A DNA stretch of 63,651 nt, the filler included, from Octopus bimaculoides (lineage: Eukaryota): assembly GCF_001194135.2 (NCBI RefSeq). It is 5 parts of 5 records of this genome, joined end to end, with 100 filler letters (N's around TTAATTAATTAA, not from the genome) between each part and the next. Parts side by side here need not be neighbours in the genome. Positions count along the whole stretch, not along the records: positions 61,415 to 63,651 come from NC_068995.1; 4 more parts are not named here. One strand, given 5' to 3'. Each line of letters begins with the position of its first letter. Within the stretch, counting starts at the first letter, position 1. The translations under genes and the position numbers were made by a program. The notes beneath the pieces were generated by a model, which did not search any database, was not told where the DNA came from, and saw only the letters and a list, made by a program, of their open reading frames with translations. Shown here piece after piece: positions 63,302 through 63,651 of this stretch.

Positions 63302-63651
63302 ATCATTCCATTTATAGTGACACAAAATCCATGCCACCAGAACATCTTTAATATCGCCAAAGCGAACTTACCAATCCTTGCACAAAGTAAGGAATTGAGA
63401 AATATCATTACAGATCAAAATATAACTCTCAGTAAGAGACAACCTAAAAACTTGAAAAAACTATTAACAAAGGCAAGGTTTGACCTCAGCAACAAAAATC
63501 AAACATTCACTGTATCCAAATGCAATGATAGCCGATGCGGCACATGCCGATCAATCCATACCGGCCCATATATGAACACAAAAACAGGGAAAATATTCAC
63601 CAATGCGAACATGAACTGCAAAAGTAGAAATCTAATCTACTGCATCAAATG
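63302..63651 (+). mobile_element. Penelope-like element ORF (post-RT linker into GIY-YIG), uninterrupted to the window end
   Basis: Translates as IIPFIVTQNP...SKRQPKNLKKLLTKARF...SKCNDSRCGTCRSI...NMNCKSRNLIYCIK, about 116 codons with no stop. It is absent from the ORF track, presumably because it runs off the window. Confidence 0.9.

Overview
This is a repeat-rich, gappy metazoan genomic window, most likely from Octopus. That assignment is an inference from recognisable SINE families, very high microsatellite density and assembly style. There is one clear host gene: a class A (rhodopsin-like) peptide-receptor-type GPCR whose main coding exon is 14545-15696 (+). Its start codon must lie in an unlocated upstream exon. 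The rest is tRNA-derived SINEs of at least four families, decayed LINEs (RTE, R4/Dong-like, ingi/Vingi-like, CR1-like, L1/Tx1-like), Penelope-like fragments, MITE/foldback elements, microsatellites and N gaps. Nearly all other ORFs in the track are microsatellite or gap artefacts. The most interesting signals are: (i) two hammerhead-ribozyme-like motifs of the minimal, dimer-competent type, at 54277-54336 (+) and 32146-32182 (-), plus a decayed third; (ii) three DNA-transposon-like elements carrying telomere-like TTAGGG/TTTTAGGG tracts, one with a perfect 8-bp target-site duplication and one with head-to-head tracts; (iii) a Tx1-like LINE whose ORF2 is reduced to its first ~35 and last ~57 codons; (iv) head-to-tail SINE arrays seated in (ATT)n; (v) several long foldback hairpins. 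Family assignments come from motif recall and manual translation, not database searches. Repeat boundaries are approximate unless termini are quoted.
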